Source of the DNA: Eledone cirrhosa
Taxonomy: Eukaryota
Direction: 5' to 3'
DNA: 64,000 bases
NCBI GenBank assembly: GCA_964016885.1
Contig: OZ024741.1
Coordinates: 359,290,001-359,354,000, forward strand
This document shows positions 27,516 to 41,074 of this stretch, piece after piece. The notes under the pieces are model-generated. The model searched no databases. It was not told the origin of the DNA and was given only the letters and a program-made list of their open reading frames with translations. The stretch's first letter is position 1. The number at the start of each line of letters is the position of its first letter. The translations under genes and the position numbers were made by a program.

Positions 27516-27816
27516 GTATATGTCAAAGTTCAACATAACTGGGTTGGTTACTTAACCATTTTGATACCAACCCACCAGAAACTAACCCTGGTTTTATGAT
27601 ATAACATTGTTTGTCTTAAAGTGTTTATATTTATATAATAACCATCCATTGAAATTTTAAGTAGGAACTTTTGTTACGTTATGCCCCAAACACCAGCTTA
27701 ATAATAAGAAAGTTAGTTATATTAGTAATTCCCTACCAAAAATTCTTGATTATTTTCAAAAATATTTGAAAATCATAGGGTTAATTGACTCTTCACATCT
27801 GCTAAAAAAATTATTG

Positions 27817-28560
27817 GATTGGCAGTATCGGTAGAGGGTCGGACACCATGCTTTCCAGCATAGTTACGTCCCTTTACGATCTGAGTTCAAATCCCGCCGA
27901 GGTTGACTTTGCCTTTCCTCCTTACGGGGTCGATAAAATAAAGTACCAGTAATGCACTGGGTAATTGCTGGCCTTGTGCCTAAAGTAGAAACAATTATTA
28001 TTAAGTGGCAGTAGAGGGTCGGACGCCATGCTTTGCAGCAAAGAGTTACGTCCCTTTACGATCTGAGTTCAAATCCCGCCGAGGTTAACTTTGCCTTTCA
28101 TCCTTACGGGGTCGATAAAATAAAGTACCAGTAATACACTGGGATAATTGCTGGCTTTGTGCCAAAGGTAGAAACAATTATTATTAAGTGGCAGTATCGG
28201 TAGAAGGTCGGACACCATGCTTTGACGCATAGAGTTACGGCCCTTGTCATTCTGAGTTCAAATCCTGCCGAGGTTAACTTTGCCTTTTATCCTTACGGGT
28301 CGATAAAATAAAGTACCAGTAATGCACTGGGTAATTGCTGGCCTTGTGCCAAAAGTAGAAACAATTATTGTTAAGTGGTAGTATTGGTAGAGGGTCGGAC
28401 GCCATGCTTTGCAGCATAGAGTTACTGCCCTTCATGATCTGAGTTCAAATCCTGCTGAGGTTAACTTTGCCTTTCATCCTTACGGGGTTGATAAAATAAA
28501 GTACCAGTAATGCACTGGGATAAATGCTGGCCTTGTGCCAAAAGTAGAAGCAATTATTAT
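27817..28560 (+). repeat. Head-to-tail array of four SINE copies of about 185 bp (plus a degenerate fifth to about 28775)
   Basis: Units begin near 27817, 28007, 28189 and 28376 with a recurrent junction ATTATTAAGTGGCAGTA. Confidence 0.9.
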
Positions 28561-29385
28561 TAAAATGATTCAGAGTTGTGGAAATAGCAAAAGCACTGGA
28601 GCATCAAATAAAATACTTTGCAGTACTGAATTCAAATCTCATTGAGGTCAACTTTGCCTTTCTTCCTTCTGGGGTCAGAAATTATAATACCAGTCAAATA
28701 CTGGAATTGATATTATGAATTTTTCTCTTTCCCCACTAAAATTGCTGGCCTTGTGCATAAATTTGAAACTAACATATTAAAGCCATGAAACTTTTCAACC
28801 ATGTGTAAGCACCATACCACTTCCTTTGTCTGGTAGCTATGGTGAAGGAAGTGATATGGAGGGTCACAGCTAAAAGATTTAAGAACAACTTTTCCTTCAT
28901 CAACTACTTCAAATACCACATGAAAAGGTAGATAAAATTAGAGAAGTAGAATTCAGCCCTCCATTAAATTTTATGATAGAAGGGAGATAATTACAAAAAC
29001 GACAAACCAAATTGGGTTGACATTAACTAAGTGACAAGAGGCAAGTAGCAAGAATTGGAAGAAAGAACCACCTTTAGTGTGTCAGGGGAATCCAGAGTTT
29101 CTTCCATGTCTGAAATTTCTTTAAATCTTCCACAGAGTCAACCATAAGTTTTAGGTCTATCAGGAGTTGTGACTGGCAGATAGTATCAGCATTAGAAAGA
29201 CCAATCCAAATAGTGTTTCTTAGTACAATACGATGATCAGCTTCTTTCTTTTTAATACTTTTATGTTACCTCATCTTACAGTCCATTTTGCATTGTTTAG
29301 CCTTCTATCTCTTTCCACATTATATATCATATACAATGCTTCAAGCAAACTACATTTTATTATTTGTTTATTTATTTTAAACCAG

Positions 29386-29548
29386 AGAAAATCCTCTTAA
29401 TGCTACTCTGTTGATTGATCACAATGAGGAGGAACTTTCAAAAAGTAACTTTGATGGTAAAAGAGCAACTAAATTTATCATTCATGGTTTTCAAAGTGGT
29501 GGAACTTTTCCATGGGTGAAGAAAATGATCAGAGAATTACTGAAACAT
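29386..29548 (+). CDS. Lipase B exon 3
   Basis: cag/gtaagc; ENPLNATLL...SNFDGKRATKFIIHGF (oxyanion loop)...ELLKH. Confidence 0.95.
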
Positions 29549-30210
29549 GTAAGCAAACTATGTATTCTTTGTGTATTTCATATTTGTTTGTTTTTATAGG
29601 CAATGAATTGGCAGAGTTATTAGAACATCAGGTAAAATGTTTTGTGGTATTTGTTGCAGCTATCTGCACTAAAAACCCACCGGGGTCAACTTTGCTTTTC
29701 ATCCTTTTGAGGTCCAGAAAATACTGGGATTCATTCTTATTCTATATCTCTTTCTCTCTTAATGAACATTAAATGATGATGATATACATGTATATGTAGA
29801 AATATCCATAGGTGTGAAAAAGGAAAACAGTGCTCAATCAGTGATGAGAGCTGATATATTATATTATTTATTTATGTTCTGTGTATGAACAAAAATAAAT
29901 AATATATAATATATATATATATAGGGTAAAGACCCCTTTCAGTCATGAATGCCCATGGGATTTGCACCTAGAAAGTTCCACTCTGAGGCACACATATAGG
30001 CAAGGTTGTTTGTGGAAGACCAGTACTCACCCATACCAGCTGAGTGAACTGGAACAATGGGAAATAAAATAAAGTGTCTTGCTCAATGACACAACGCATC
30101 ACTTAGTCTGAAAATCGTACGCACAACCTCACGATTACAAGCTCAATGCTCTAATCACTAAGCCATGCGCCTTCATATATATATATGTTTTGCATAGAAC
30201 CTTACTTCCT

Positions 30211-30276
<66 letters not shown>

Positions 30277-30320
30277 CATATATATACATATATATATATG
30301 TATATGTATATATATGTATG

Positions 30321-30391
<71 letters not shown>

Positions 30392-30974
30392 ATATATATA
30401 TATATGTGTGTGTATATATACATATATATTTATATATATATATATGTATGTATGTGTATATATATATATGTGTGTATATATATACAGATACCTATGTATA
30501 CATATGTATACATATATATATATATATATATGTATACATATGTATATATATGTATATCATCATCATCATCATCATTTTCATTTTACGTCCGCTTTTTCCC
30601 TGCTTGCAAGGGTGGGCGGGAACTGATGCTGGCTTGATTTCTACAGCTGGATGCCGTTCCTAACACCAACCTCATTTACAGTGAGTGCTGGGTGCTTTTT
30701 TTTCCGTGGCACCTCCACGACCACTTTGCAGTGGAATGATATGGACCCCAGTCCCTATCATCTCATTTCTACAGCTGAGTAAACTGGAGCAATGTGAAAT
30801 AAAGTGTCTTGCTCAAGGAAACAACACATCACCCGGTCTGAGAATTGAACTCACAACCTTTCGATTGCAAGGGGTGTTGTAGATGGGGGTGGGGGTAGGG
30901 GTAGTGGGATGGGGTGTATTTTTGGTTAGGAGATGCCTACTGACTATAGGTTTCGCTTTGTACTTAGGCAAGGC

Positions 30975-31640
30975 GGGTCTTCTGTATTACTGCGTAGCGC
31001 CAAAGATCTCGGTCCAGTGATATTGTCTTGGAGAGGTGTAAGTGTGTAAGGTCGGAATTTATCAAATCGTCCCAGGTTTTTATGGGTCTGCCTACTCCGT
31101 AACTTCCATCTATTTTGATCGCCCTGCACTTTTTTATACAGCTGTCGTCTTTCATGCGTATCACGTGACCATACCAACGTAGCCTTCTCTCGAGTCTGCA
31201 CAGATCCTCTGCACACAATGCCCAAGTCTCACTGCCATGTAACATTGCTGTTCGTATGCAGGCATCATATAACCTGCCTTTCATTTTTAGGGAGAAATCT
31301 TTAGCGGCTAATAGTGGTATAAACTCTCTGAACTTTTTCCGTCCCATTCTGACTCTAGCTACTGTACTTTCAGAGCACCCTCCACGACTGCTATTTCTAT
31401 AGAACCATCTGGGCAATGGAAGGAGCTAGTATCCTGTGGGCACTTGCTACTACTTATTGCACCTGAGCACCAGCCTCATATAACATCTATGTTCTTAGTT
31501 AGTTTACCTGTGATCCCACTACATCTTTTATGCACCCATACTTTGCATTTGGGACATAAAATGGAGTTTCTGCCTACTCCTTTCCTACACACTGAGCATG
31601 GCCATTTCCCAGAGGGGACCAGTGCCCTATTTTCCTTATG
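30975..31640 (-). mobile_element. RTE LINE fragments
   Basis: KWPCSVCRKGVGRNSILCPKC and MKGRLYDACIRTAMLHGSETW...RLRWYGHV. Confidence 0.85.
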
Positions 31641-32247
31641 TATATATATATATATATATATGCATATATATATACACACGCACACACACATACATGCATG
31701 CATACATACATGATGATGATGATGGCTGCCCCCTCGTTATCGAGTATGTCCATTGCACGATATAACATTATTAATAATTATCAATTAATGCTATCGTGCA
31801 ATGCCTATGCTTGAAGATTTTTTCAAAGTGAGGAAAGACTGTACACTGAGCCGATCCCACTCTCTGAGCGACAGTAGCTATAACTTGAAAAGAAGAGAGG
31901 ATGAACATCATCGGTATCTACTGAGTCGCAGGATTTATGTCGGAATTATCCCAGTTTCCTGAGTTGCCTTTTCCCTGCAGGACAAAAAACAAAACCTGAC
32001 AAAGGGCAGAAGAACTCATAAGAATCAATGGGCATCCAAAAATGTGTAAATATGTATATACATGTATGCATGTGAATATGTATATATATATATGTATATA
32101 TGTATATATATATATGTATGCATGTATGCATGTGTATGTATATGCACTGGGACATAGAAATAATTGGGCTGGATACCCAATCGCATGGTTAAACCACATA
32201 CATACATATGTACATATATACATAAATATATTATTTGCTCTTTCTAG

Positions 32248-32476
32248 GATGATTACAATGTGATTGTGGTTGACTGGCAAACTGGAGCAAGTGTAACCTA
32301 TGGCCGAGCAGCATCAAATGCTCGGGTAGTTGGGGCACAAATTGCTGTACTGGTTAAATTTCTTAATGAGAAAGCTGCTAATAATCCAAAGAAAACTCAT
32401 CTGATAGGTCACAGTCTTGGAGCCCATACCGCTGGTTATGCTGGAGAAAGGATATCAAATCTTGCAAGAATATCTG
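32248..32476 (+). CDS. Lipase B exon 4 (catalytic Ser)
   Basis: tag/gtgatt; DYNVIVVDW...YGRAASNARVVGAQIA...HLIGHSLGAHTAGYAGE...RIS. Confidence 0.97.
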
Positions 32477-32965
32477 GTGATTATTCTTTTATTCTTTTAC
32501 TGGTTTCACTCATTAGATTGTGGCCATGCTGGGGCACTGCCTTAAAAGGATTTAGTAAATCATATCAACCCCTGTACTTATATTTTCAAGTCTAGTACTT
32601 ATTTTACTAATCTCTTTGACAAACTGCTAAGGTACGGGCTATAAACAAACACTGATATGGCCTCACACACACACACACATATATATATATATCATATATA
32701 TATATATCATCATTATCATCACCATTTTACATCCGTTCTTCTATGCTAGCATGAGTTAGACGGGTTGTACTTTTGTGGGCAGTGTCCAGTCGGCTGACCT
32801 TGCCTTGCTCATACGGGAACTGATTCTGGTTTGATTTCTACAGCTGGATGCCCTTCCTAACACCAACAGTGTGGGCTGGGTGCTTTTTTCTGTGGCACCT
32901 ACACGTCCACTTTGCAGTGGGAGGGTGTGGGGCATATTGTCTATATGCTTCAGCTTATATACATA

Positions 32966-34000
32966 TATGGTGGCTGCCAACTCGTTTTCGAGTACGGCCA
33001 CTACTTTATATCCATGTAGGAGAACCCCTACCGATGCGCTAAACAAGTGTGACTTTTTAGTCCAGCCAGCGACTTGAAAACTCTGGTACAAACACTACAC
33101 CTGTTGACACAATTATTGACACAGTGCTGGGCCCATGGTACCATGTGATAACAAGTGCAGAGAGATCTCCAGATATAAAGCAATGCCTGTGCCGTGAAGC
33201 TTTTATAGTGAGCAAAGGCACTGCACAAAGCCAGTCCCATTCTCTTAACCAAGATGATATTTACCAAAAAGAAGAACAAGTCAACATCATTGGATACTAT
33301 CAGGGTTGCAGGTGTTAAATCAGAGTTTTCCTTCTCCTAGAATTCTGCCTTGACAAAGGCTAAGGGGTCATCTCTCCCGGATATATATATACATACATAC
33401 ATACACATATATATATATATATACATGGTGGCTGCCAACTCGTTTTCGAGTACGGCCACTACTTAGTCCAGCCAGCGACTTGAAAACTCTGGTACAAACA
33501 CTACACCTGTGACAATTATTGACACATAGTGCTGGGCCCATGGTACCATGTAACGACAAGTGCAGAGAGATCTCCAGATATAAAGCAATGCTTGTGCCGT
33601 GAAGCTTTTATAGTGAGCAAAAGCACTGCACAAAATCAGTCCCACTCTCTTAACCAAGATGATATTTACCAAAAAGAATAACAAGTCAACAACATTGGAT
33701 ACCATCAGGGTTGCAGGTGTTATATCAGTTTTCTTTCTCCTAGAATTCTGCCTTCACAAAGGCTATGGGGTCATCTCTCCCGGTGATTTTGGATGGCCAT
33801 TGACTCTTAAGAACTCCTTTGCCCTTTGACAGGTTTTGTTTTTAGTCCTGCAGGATATCCAAAGTCACCCTCCTCACCAAGAAACCTTGGTGGCCTCCTC
33901 ACCAAGAAACCTTGGTGGGGTTGCCAGTTTAGTCGCCAACGACCCGACCATGAGACAGGTTGTACTGGGATACATGTTACCAGTAGCACCAACTGGTGAC
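32966..34000 (-). mobile_element. Two adjacent copies of the non-autonomous RTE-derived element seen at 6895-7467
   Basis: Reverse-complement similarity along its length; the first copy is 5'-truncated. Confidence 0.85.
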
Positions 34001-34084
34001 CTGACATATATATACATATATATATACATGTATATATATATATATTTATTTATGTATATATATTGTACCCATGGGGGGGTTGGG

Positions 34085-34550
34085 TCTTCTATATTACTGC
34101 ATGACGCCAGAGGTCACGGTCGCGTGTCATCGCCTTTGAGAGGTGTAATTGGGCAAGGTCGACTTTTATCACCTCATCCCAGGTCTTCTTGGGTCTCCCC
34201 ACTCCGCAGTTTCCATCGACGTCTAGTGCTCTGCACCTTTTTATGCAGCTGTCATCCTTCATACGCATCACATGTCCATACCAACGCAACCACCTCTCCT
34301 GCACACAGCATTTGATTCCTCTTATGCTCAGTCTTTCTCTCAATTCGTTTATGCTTTGCCGTTCGCGTATATTACTATTACACATCCATCGGAGCATGCA
34401 GGCTTCGTTTCTTTCTAATCTAGGCAAGTCTTCCACAGACAGCGCCCAGGTCTCACTACCATGTAACATTGCTGTTTGTATACACGCATCATACAGTCTG
34501 CCTTTCATTTTGAGGGAAAAGCCTTTTGCAGCTAGCAGTGGCAGTAGTTC
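34085..34550 (-). mobile_element. RTE LINE 3' fragment
   Basis: ORF 34089-34508 MKGRLYDACIQTAMLHGSETW...GRPKKTW. Confidence 0.9.
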
Positions 34551-34991
34551 CCTGTATATATATATATATATATATTTCCCTCAAAAGGCATTGGTTGACC
34601 TAAGGTTATTATTGTAGAAGACACATGCCCACGGTACTATGCAGTGTGACAGAATCAGAAACCATGTGGTTATGAAAGGAACTCCTTAACCTCACAGACA
34701 TAATAATTTTATTGCAGTTTTAATGAAAGCAGTATTGTGAATGGCTGTTATTTTTCTATTATCACTTCATCATGGGAAATTATATTGAGTAATTGTAAAG
34801 ATGCAGGTTCAATTCAAAGACTGGGCAGGAGATTGTGTCATAGACCAGGGAACTTCTTTTTGCAAGCTCTTGTCTTTCTCTTGAGTTTGTTTTCATAGCA
34901 TATAACATATAAACTTATGAGAGAGCCTCTAAACAATCGCTCAATTTACTAAAAGTAGTTGCCCTATTTTCCCTCAATTCTATTGACTTAA

Positions 34992-35211
34992 CTCTTTAGC
35001 ATTTAAACCAGTCGTATCCGGCCAGAATTGTTTTACCTCGTTCTGTTGAAACTGGCCATAACCAGCCACTCATACTGATGTTAAGGTATTGTTCTCAAAA
35101 TAAATAGTATCAAAATCTCATAAATTTGATATTATGTGAGATATTATGTTAGGGTAAGCTTTTACCGTGAAAATTCAATAGTAAATATAGAATAATGTAA
35201 ATGCTAAAAGG
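34992..35211. mobile_element. TTAA MITE family 1
   Basis: TTAA on both sides; TIRs as at 90-268. Confidence 0.85.
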
Positions 35212-35239
35212 TTAACACTTTTGACAACATTATCATCAG

Positions 35240-35690
35240 GTCGAGCTTGCTCAGCTTTCTACGACACGTTTCCTCCATCCATCTCTGCCTCTCATAGCGT
35301 TTGCCAGTTCTTCCGCAGTGCATCCAGTATCGTCCTCAAGTTGCTTGACGTATGTCTTCTTGGGACGACCAGCGTTTCTTGCTCCATGAGATGGACTCCA
35401 TAACAATACATCGCCTGCTATTTCTTCCTTGCTGCGCCAACAGTGGCCAGAAAATCTGAGTCTCTGTTTACGTATTGACCTGCTGATAGGTGGTATATTG
35501 CCATAGAGATCCTTATTTGTTGGGTGTTCCCTCCAAGATACGTTTAAAGCAGCACGGAGCATACATGTGTATGCCCCGTCTAGCTTTTTCTCCAGTTTTG
35601 ACGTTAGCGTCCAAGTGACAGAGCCATAAACAAGCACAGATTCCACAGCAACTCTGAAGAAATTCCTTTTCAGTTTGACAACAACCAACT
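35240..35690 (-). mobile_element. RTE-type LINE 3' fragment (third family)
   Basis: FFRVAVESVLVYGSVTWTLT...RLRFSGHCWR...GRPKKTY. Confidence 0.85.
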
Positions 35691-36777
35691 CTAAATTGGC
35701 CCTGGTTCTATCAAACAATATCACCTACATTAAAAGTTTCCTATTTAAAGTAAAATATTCTCTTTCTTCACATACTTATTCCTGAAAAGCTCATGGGGTA
35801 GAGTCCTCAGACCCAACTTCCAGCTGAATCCCCAAGCATTACCAACTGAACTTATGGATGTTATCCAAACACCTTGCTCATGGTTTACTGCTGAGTCTCT
35901 TGTCAGTTGGCTTAGCTTGTAAAATCTGTCCTGCGATTCTTTCCTTAGACATTCTAACAACATGTCTGTAGTACCAGCAGTGTGATCTCTCAATGCAGAG
36001 AAGCACCTCTACCTGGAGTGACACCCTGATTTCTGATCTATGTACGCCATTAAGTAATGCTGTTCCAGAAACCTTTCGGGAGAACCCCATTTCAGCTGCT
36101 TATATTCGCAATTGCATTTTTTCACTACACAAGATTTATGACGATTTGTAAGAGTAGGTACGAATACCGAATTGAAGATAGTGGTATGGCCATTAGTTAC
36201 AATATAAGTGGGATCCTGGTGCATGAATAAACAACCCCAGCATTTAACTATTGGGGAGATAGAGCAATAGATGATATTGCTGGCTCCCAGGAAAATTCTC
36301 ACAAACCCAGTAATATAGACAGGATTAAAGTAAAATCATCCAACATAATTTTTAATAAGAACTACATGTTAAGATAATATATCTTAGTAGTGAAATAATA
36401 ATTTTAATAATTCCTTCAAAATTATTACTTAATTAATTGAAATAGTGAGTACTTCATTAGAAATACAGTCACAAAGATTAAATGAAGGCAGTACATATTG
36501 GATCATATATACAAGATTGTCATGGTTGGAATACCTTTAATCGGTCATCTAATTATTCAGCATTTACCTATGACAAATAAACACTACAACACACACATAT
36601 ACCATACACACATACACTCACACAAATACAGCATATACACTACACACACATACATACACCATACACACACCACACACATACATATATTAAACATATATAT
36701 TTTACACTATAGACAGCTTGTGTCAACAGCATTATCACATATATATATATATAAATGTATCTCTTTGTTTCTCTCTT

Positions 36778-36839
<62 letters not shown>

Positions 36840-39158
36840 AGAAGATAAAGAAGTTTCCTTTTAAGTTCGTTAATTCATATTTGTGTGGTAATCCACACAA
36901 ATACGAATTAACAAACTTAAAAGGAAACTTCTTTAAAATATGCAAATAAAAGGTGAAGTAAACAGCCTGCCAGAGAGTTGATCTCAATGTGGTTGATGGA
37001 GTTATGTAATGTAAGTATCCAGATGGTGAATCAACAAGTATGGTACAAGATTCCAAGAATTCATGGAGTAATTTAGTATAAATAGATTATTAGGAAAGTT
37101 TAGGCAAGAAAAGAGAAGAGATTTGAAGAAAGATTTATTACCTTATATTACCTAACATGTGTTAGGTAATACAATGTAAATTAATCTTTCTTCAAATCTC
37201 TTCTCTCTTCTTTCCTAGCTTTTCCTATTGCTTATAACATCGTTTCTTGCCCACAATGAATCTAGCAGACCTACCCCTCCATCTGGTCTCTTGACCACAA
37301 CAAACTTCAACTTCCTTATGTCCAAGAGACAGTTCTGTATGAGCGAGACATGGTCTCCCGACCAATCTCGCCTCAAATGGGACAAAACCATCCAACCTAT
37401 GCTAGAGTGGAAGATGTACGTTAAACGATGATGATGATGATGATGATATATACACACATAAAGATCCCCTTTCAGTCATGAATGACAATGGGATTTGCTC
37501 CTAGAAAGTTCCCCTCCGACGCACAAGTCTGGGCAAGGTTGTTTGTGGAAGATCAGCAGTCACCCATGTATACCAGCCTCCCCTCTCCACACCACTGATG
37601 TTGTCCAAGGGAAAAGCAAAAGCCAATACAGCTTGGCACCAGGGATGTCACAACTCATTTCTACAGCTGAGTAAACTGGACCAACATGAAATAGAGTGTC
37701 TTGCTCAAGGATACAACACTCTAACCACTAAGTCATATGCTTTCACATGTATATATATATATATATATACCATATATACAAGTTATCACAGCTCTTTGTT
37801 TTTCTTCATTCTATCATAATATATTATTTTTGTTAATATATTATTTTCTTATTTAGTGTTTTAACTCTTAATGTCCTGTACCACATAAAACCACATTAGC
37901 AAAACAATCGTAAAATGTATAAAACAGCACTATGACTATCACATTAAAAATTGGAAGTCTTTAGTTTAGTTTACAGAAAATGTTCCGAATCTGTCCACTA
38001 GCAAATGTGCTATAAATATATAAATATTTGAATTGACAAACCTATTTTTAAATATTTTCTTCTAACTCATTACAGGATATTAAGTATTAATTCTTATGAT
38101 TGGTCTCATATATTACTGATCTACAGCGACAGCAGCATTAGTGAAGTTGTCCATCAATGACTCAGATGAAGAGTCCTCTCTACCCAATGGGAGAGAAGTA
38201 GGACATAGAGGGAGGGGGGAGTGCTTGAGAAGGAAGATAAGTATGGAATCATAGGTGAGAAAGTATGCCAATAGTATATGCCAAGTTGTGATGAGTGGGA
38301 GGAGAAGGTGATCTCGCACAACTTGGGAGTACTGTAGTGATAGAAACAGCCACTAGGAAGTAGCCCTGGTGTATTAGAATTTAAGAATTGATAGAGTAAA
38401 GTTGGAGGTGTACAGTGCATAGCATAGCATGGATCAAATCACAGCCATTATGCTGGTTGGTGTGTCTTCTCAAGTACTGCGGGATGCCAATCCTCGTGGT
38501 CCTTTGTCATCTCTGTCCTGAGATTTAGCTCCTAAGGTCAGTCTTCACTACATTATCCTATGTCTTCCTAGGTTTTCCTTTTCTACCAATCTCACCTACA
38601 GAGATTTCTCTGCACTTTTGTATACATCTGTCATTTTTCAAATGTATCTCATATCCATACCAACATAGTCTTCCCTCTTACACCAAGTTTCCCTCTCAGT
38701 TTCTTTATGCTACACTGTTCATGCACACTGACATTATACATCCACCAGAGCATACTCACTTCATTTATTTCTGACCTTTGCAGGTCTTCATCAGTCAAGA
38801 CCTGTGTCTCACTGCCATGTAGTGTTGTAGTTTGCACAGAGGCATCATAGTCTACACTTCACTCTAAGCTCTTTGTTATCAGTAGAGGTACCAGCTCCAT
38901 AAACTTCATCCAAGCTGTTCTTACCTAGTCTAACACACTTTCAGAGTATCCTTTACCACTACTGATTGGGTCACCTAGATAAATTACATACAAAGTTCTG
39001 CATAGCAAGGTACACAACCTTAATTCAATATATTTGCTGAAAAAAATCCCCATGAATAAAATTATGAAGGAATTAACTGTTCTGGCTTTGAATGTAAAAC
39101 AATATTAGACATTACAAGAAGTAAATTTGTTGTGTGTTTTGTTTTTAAATCTTTACAG

Positions 39159-39413
39159 GTCTCGACCCTGCTGCTCCCTACTTTGAGGCAACAGGACCCA
39201 AGGTCCACTTAGATCCAACAGATGCTGATTTTGTGGATGTCATCCACACAGATACTGGTGATATCATAGATTTTTCTCTCGGAATGAATGCACCTGTGGG
39301 ACATATTGATTTTTACCCAAATGGTGGACATTTTCAGCCTGGCTGTACACAATCCAAGATTCCAGGTTCAATCATTGGTGGCATCCTTAATATAGTAACT
39401 AAAAACAATGATA
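39159..39413 (+). CDS. Lipase B exon 5 (catalytic Asp, beta9 loop, start of lid)
   Basis: cag/gtaagt; GLDPAAPYF...[15 protein letters not shown]...[16 protein letters not shown]. Confidence 0.97.
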
Positions 39414-39458
39414 GTAAGTGGATTGATTATTTTTGTGAGAAACAGAACTATTTTCCTT

Positions 39459-39917
39459 ACCCTTTTGTTATCAAACTGCCATTGGTGCCATGATACAACT
39501 GTTTATTTCAAGGTGTTTATATTTATCTTTAAAAAACTCTATCACAATTTTATATAAAAAACCTTTATTAAGTTATGCTCCAAATACCAACTTAATAATG
39601 AGAAATTTAGTTTCATCATTGGAATTCTTGATTATCTTTTCATAATTATTTGAAAATTATAAGCAGTGTCTTACATTAGAAATATGGTAATGAAAGGGTT
39701 AACCCTTTTATTACTATATTTCTACTGTAAAACTTCCTATAGTCTTCATATAATTTGGGAAATAATCAAGAATTTGGAATTTTAATAACATAGTTAACTT
39801 TCTCATTATTAAGCTGGAGTTTGGAATATAACAAAGGTTCTTACATAGAATTCTGATGGAAAATAGTTTTGTATCAAAGAACCAGGGTCAGTTTCAAGAG
39901 GTTTTGCATCAAAAGGG
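39459..39917. mobile_element. Two family-2 TTAA MITEs in inverted orientation sharing one TTAA (39699-39702)
   Basis: GAAAGGG-TTAA-CCCTTTT junction; the arms are diverged reverse complements. Confidence 0.75.
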
Positions 39918-40843
39918 CTAATAGTCTATATCTGACCATAATATTACAGTGTGTACTATAAGTATTAAGCCATAAGAGGTCTCAATATTTTTATATAAAA
40001 TCAATTAACAGTCCTTCTCCATTCATAAATTACCAAAGGGATTAGCCTTGCAGAACACATAATAGGCTTCAACTCATAATGGAGTCCTATTTTGCCCTAC
40101 CTGGTGTCAACCATTTTATCCACCTCTTACAAAATACAGGGATACATTATACCTAGTCTAAACTGAATACATACAGAGGATGCTCTACCTAAAACACAAC
40201 AAACATTTTAAGGCCACTTTCCGGCTAAAGTAAGGTTAACCTTGCAGTGCCCCATGACAAGCTTCATACTCTTCGTGGAGTCCTTTTTAAGGGAATGGTT
40301 TACAATTAGATGCTGTTCCTAGTACCAATCCTTTGAGTCATTTCTTACAATATGCAAGGATAGAGTGTACCTATTCTAAAATGGATACACACACCCTTAA
40401 AAACAAAAAGGTAAAGACCCCTTTTGGTTACGAATGACCATGGGATTTGCACCTAGAAAGGTCCTCTGCGAGGCACAAGTCTGGGAAAGGTTGTTTGTGG
40501 AAGACCAACAGTCGCCCATGCATACCATCCTCCCCTCTCCATGCCACTGATGTTGTTCAAGGGAAAGGCAAAGATCGATACTGCTTGGCACCAGTGACAT
40601 CGCAACTCATTTCTACAGCTGAGTGAACTGGAGAGATGTGAAGTAAGGTGTCTTGCTCAAGAACACAACGCAAGACTAGGTCCAAGAATCAAATTCACAA
40701 CCCCACGATTGTAAGCCCGCTGCTCTAAGGCATACCCTTATCACATTACAATAAAGGAGTGTGGGGGAAAATACAGAAGTTCATACATGTTTTATAAAAC
40801 TAAATTTTTACCATCATGTTTGTATTCCTTCCTATCTTTTCAG

Positions 40844-41074
40844 ATATTGCCAACATATTTTCATGCAGCCATAAGAGATCTCAATATTTTTATATAGAGT
40901 CAATTAATAGTCCTTGTCCATTCATAAGTTACCCATGTAAAACTCAAGAGGATCTTCATAGTGGAAAATGTTTTCATTCACATGGTCATATTGGAATAAT
41001 GGGGTTCTCAGCTGATAAAAGCTTTGCTTCTGGCAAACATATGCTGGAGACTTATGCTACAACCCCATACTGTG
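40844..41074 (+). CDS. Lipase B exon 6 (catalytic His)
   Basis: cag/gtaagt; IANIFSCSHKRSQYFYIESINSPCPFISYPC...MGFSADK...TPYC. Confidence 0.96.

Noticed and set aside
30185-30663. Long YI/IY-rich ORFs (also near 7344-7640, 11027-11280, 13699-13969, 31918-32280 and 36498-37056)
   Set aside because: Translations of (TA)n/(TG)n microsatellites that lack stops by construction.
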